Origin: an uncultured Isosphaeraceae bacterium
Lineage (GTDB): Bacteria; Planctomycetota; Planctomycetia; Isosphaerales; Isosphaeraceae
DNA: 48,016 bases
Direction of reading: 5' to 3'
Assembly: GCA_937907405.1 (NCBI GenBank)
Contig: CALCIC010000118.1
Location: 1 to 48,016 of the forward strand
How positions within the stretch are numbered: position 1 is the first letter of the stretch; every line of letters begins with the position of its first letter. Below the pieces are notes generated by a model. That model made no database searches and was not told the origin of the DNA. It saw nothing but the letters and a program-made list of their open reading frames with translations. The translations under genes were made by a program, and so were the position numbers. This document shows, piece by piece, positions 45,917 through 48,016 of the stretch.

Positions 45917-46663
45917 ATGAACTCCCTGTCTCCATCGTCGCCGACGTCTTTGCCCTCAGAGCCGTATGAGGCGACGATGATTACTCAGGATGAGCTTCCG
46001 TTGCAGACTTCCCTCGCACTTCGACCGGCTTGGTTCACGGTCGAGGCGTTCGAGTTCGCCGTCAAGCGAACGATTGACGTCGTTGGCGCCTTGACCGGCC
46101 TCCTGCTTTTGGCGCCCGTGATGCTCGCGGTCGCGCTATTGATCCACCTGAAGATGCCCGGGCCTATCCTTTTCCGTCAGTTGAGGCGAGGCTATCGAGG
46201 ACGGCTCTTCTGGGTCATCAAGTTTCGGACCATGGTCGTCGACGCCGAGCAAAGGCTCGACAAGCTGGAGGACGCCAACGAATCGCAGGGGGGCGTCCTG
46301 TTCAAGATTGAAAACGACCCGCGGGTCACCCCGTTGGGGCGGTTCCTCCGTCGCTCGAGTCTCGACGAGTTGCCCCAGTTGATCAACGTCCTCCGAGGCG
46401 AGATGAGCCTGGTCGGGCCCCGTCCTCTCCAGATTCGCGACAGCGAGTTGCTTCAGTCGCTGAACCCCGAGGCCTACCGGCGTCGCCTGCAGGTTCTGCC
46501 AGGTCTGACAGGCCCGTGGCAGGTCGGCGGCCGCAGCGCGGTCGACTATTCCCAGATGCTCAAACTCGATCTTGATTATGTGGACAACCAATCGTTGAAG
46601 CGTGATCTCTGGATCATCCTGCGTACCTTCGTCGTCGTGCTCGCCGGCAGAGGCGCGTGCTGA
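45917..46663 (+). CDS. Priming polyprenyl-phosphate sugar transferase (Bac_transf domain)
   Basis: 'KRTIDVV', 'KFRTM', 'DPRVT..GRFLRRSSLDELPQLINVLRGEMSLVGPRP' and 'PGLTGPWQV'. Start is 45917 or 45977. Confidence 0.93.
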   Translation: MNSLSPSSPTSLPSEPYEATMITQDELPLQTSLALRPAWFTVEAFEFAVKRTIDVVGALTGLLLLAPVMLAVALLIHLKMPGPILFRQLRRGYRGRLFWVIKFRTMVVDAEQRLDKLEDANESQGGVLFKIENDPRVTPLGRFLRRSSLDELPQLINVLRGEMSLVGPRPLQIRDSELLQSLNPEAYRRRLQVLPGLTGPWQVGGRSAVDYSQMLKLDLDYVDNQSLKRDLWIILRTFVVVLAGRGAC

Positions 46664-46771
46664 GAACGGTCGTCTCATCCTGGATCTCTCAGTCCCCCTG
46701 CTCTCTCCCCTTCCTGGCTTCTGGACCCTCAAGGTCCAGAAGCCGATTGCGTTTCGGGGCCGACGACCGGT

Positions 46772-48016
46772 TCAGGATGCGCCGGGGAGCAGCTTCAGGA
46801 TCTTTTGCCAGCGGGTCTCACGCTCGTTCTGGAGAGTGACGATCCGTTGGTTGAGCCAAAGCATGACGTCGCGATCCTTCTCGCCACCCGCTCCCGTGGT
46901 CTCGCCCGAGCGTTTCACGGGACCGCCGGCAGGCGATGAAGATGAAGCGGCGGGGGCGGTCGCCGTCCTGGCCGCCGCGACGTCCGTGGGAGACGGCGAG
47001 GTTCGCGTCGCGGGCGACGGCGAGGCCACCGGCGCCTTGAAGGGCGCGGGCGCGGATGCGGCGGAAGGCGTCACGACTTCCTGAACGGCGGGAGAAGGCG
47101 ACAGAGCCGCAGTCGCCCCCATCGCCTCCGCATTGGCTCGTTCTTGCTTGTAGGCGGCCAGTTCAAGCTTGACTTCTTGGAACTCGCGGGTCACCTCGCG
47201 CAGTTGATCGAGTTCCTGGCGAATCTGGTCCATCTGCTCGCGTTGAAGCGTGCCGAACATCTCGACGAGCATCCCCATGGCGTTCTGGAACTGGTCGAGC
47301 ATCTGCTGCTGCATCATCCCGAACTGGTTCACCAGTGGAACGAGCACTGATGCTTCAACCTCCGCCTTGTCGCCTCCAGGGGGGTAGAACCCGGCCCCCG
47401 CCGACCCCGCCGAAGGCAGCAGTTCGGTTCGTGCGATCGGCGGTCCGAAGGAGAGCGGCGCGAGCGTGGTCGAAGCCGGCCATGGCGTCTTTCCTGATGC
47501 TGAGGCCCCGCCGAGGTCGTCGGAATTCTGCGCCGCAAGGGCCGACCCGGACTCGCGAAGCGACAGAATGCGGCCCTGAGGCCGCGGCCCGCCGTCCGAG
47601 GCCGCGCCCGGGGGGGCGGAATCGAGCTGATCATCGAAGAACCGACTTCGGACGCGGATGCGATACCGGCCGATCTTGACGAGATCGCCGTCGGCGAGGA
47701 GGGCGTAACGCACCGAGGCGTTGTTGACGGCGACGCCGTCGCTGCCGAGCAAGTCGATGATCCATAATCCCACCGAGGTCCGCAGCAGACTGCAATGAAA
47801 GGGGGATACGCTCGGGTCGGCGAGCCGAAACTTACAACCGCTCGCCGATCCCACCAACGACATGACCCGATTCATCGGCCAGACCGCCGCTCGGGAGGGG
47901 CCGTTGAGGAATTCGAGCGACACCTCGGGCCAGGGGGACGGCCCGTACGACTTGGCCACCAGCGGAACCACCTCCGGCAGCGGATGCCCTCCCCTTTCAT
48001 TGTAAATCGGACGACC
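46772..48016 (-). CDS. FHA-domain protein with coiled coil (5' end outside window)
   Basis: Frame is open to the window edge. FHA-like 'VGSASGCKFRLADPSVSPFHCSL...IIDLLGSDGVAVN...LADGDLVKIG'; Gln/Met-rich coiled coil. Confidence 0.82.
   Translation of the reverse strand, partial: GRPIYNERGGHPLPEVVPLVAKSYGPSPWPEVSLEFLNGPSRAAVWPMNRVMSLVGSASGCKFRLADPSVSPFHCSLLRTSVGLWIIDLLGSDGVAVNNASVRYALLADGDLVKIGRYRIRVRSRFFDDQLDSAPPGAASDGGPRPQGRILSLRESGSALAAQNSDDLGGASASGKTPWPASTTLAPLSFGPPIARTELLPSAGSAGAGFYPPGGDKAEVEASVLVPLVNQFGMMQQQMLDQFQNAMGMLVEMFGTLQREQMDQIRQELDQLREVTREFQEVKLELAAYKQERANAEAMGATAALSPSPAVQEVVTPSAASAPAPFKAPVASPSPATRTSPSPTDVAAARTATAPAASSSSPAGGPVKRSGETTGAGGEKDRDVMLWLNQRIVTLQNERETRWQKILKLLPGAS

Noticed and set aside
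1-48016. CRISPR array, rRNA or tRNA genes
   Set aside because: No regularly spaced repeats or structural RNA signatures were seen by eye. A covariance-model scan was not possible.

Overview
GC-rich bacterial DNA, most likely Planctomycetota (Isosphaeraceae-like), inferred from the DUF1559 prepilin-like gene, the DUF1080/PVC-type heme protein and the exosortase. From left to right: (1) The 3' end of a peptidase/esterase-like gene. A decayed copy of its last ~125 bp recurs 3.2 kb downstream, bracketing a SnoaL/NTF2 pseudogene and a DoxX - ECF sigma - di-heme cytochrome operon. (2) A DUF1559 gene and a small secreted protein gene, each preceded by a poly-C tract. (3) A DUF1080 + PVC-type heme-binding dehydrogenase fusion. 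(4) Two tandem toxin-antitoxin pairs: higBA, and a PIN/VapC toxin whose partner appears to carry a ubiquitin-like (ThiS/MoaD beta-grasp) domain. This is the most unusual element in the window. (5) A sugar-utilisation locus: NanM-like Kelch protein, MFS transporter, three large paralogous secreted glycoside-hydrolase-like proteins of no family I can name, Gfo/Idh/MocA oxidoreductase and RhaT-type symporter. (6) gpmA. (7) A carbamoyltransferase - SxtJ - DUF5989(SxtK-like) - O-acetyltransferase operon. (8) An ~19 kb exosortase-associated surface-polysaccharide region: EpsI, Wzc, exosortase, WecB/TagA, GmhB, GT4, SDR, two GT2, Wzm/Wzt, HldE, priming sugar transferase and an FHA protein. No rRNA, tRNA or CRISPR array was found. 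All family calls come from motif recognition by eye, with no database searches.
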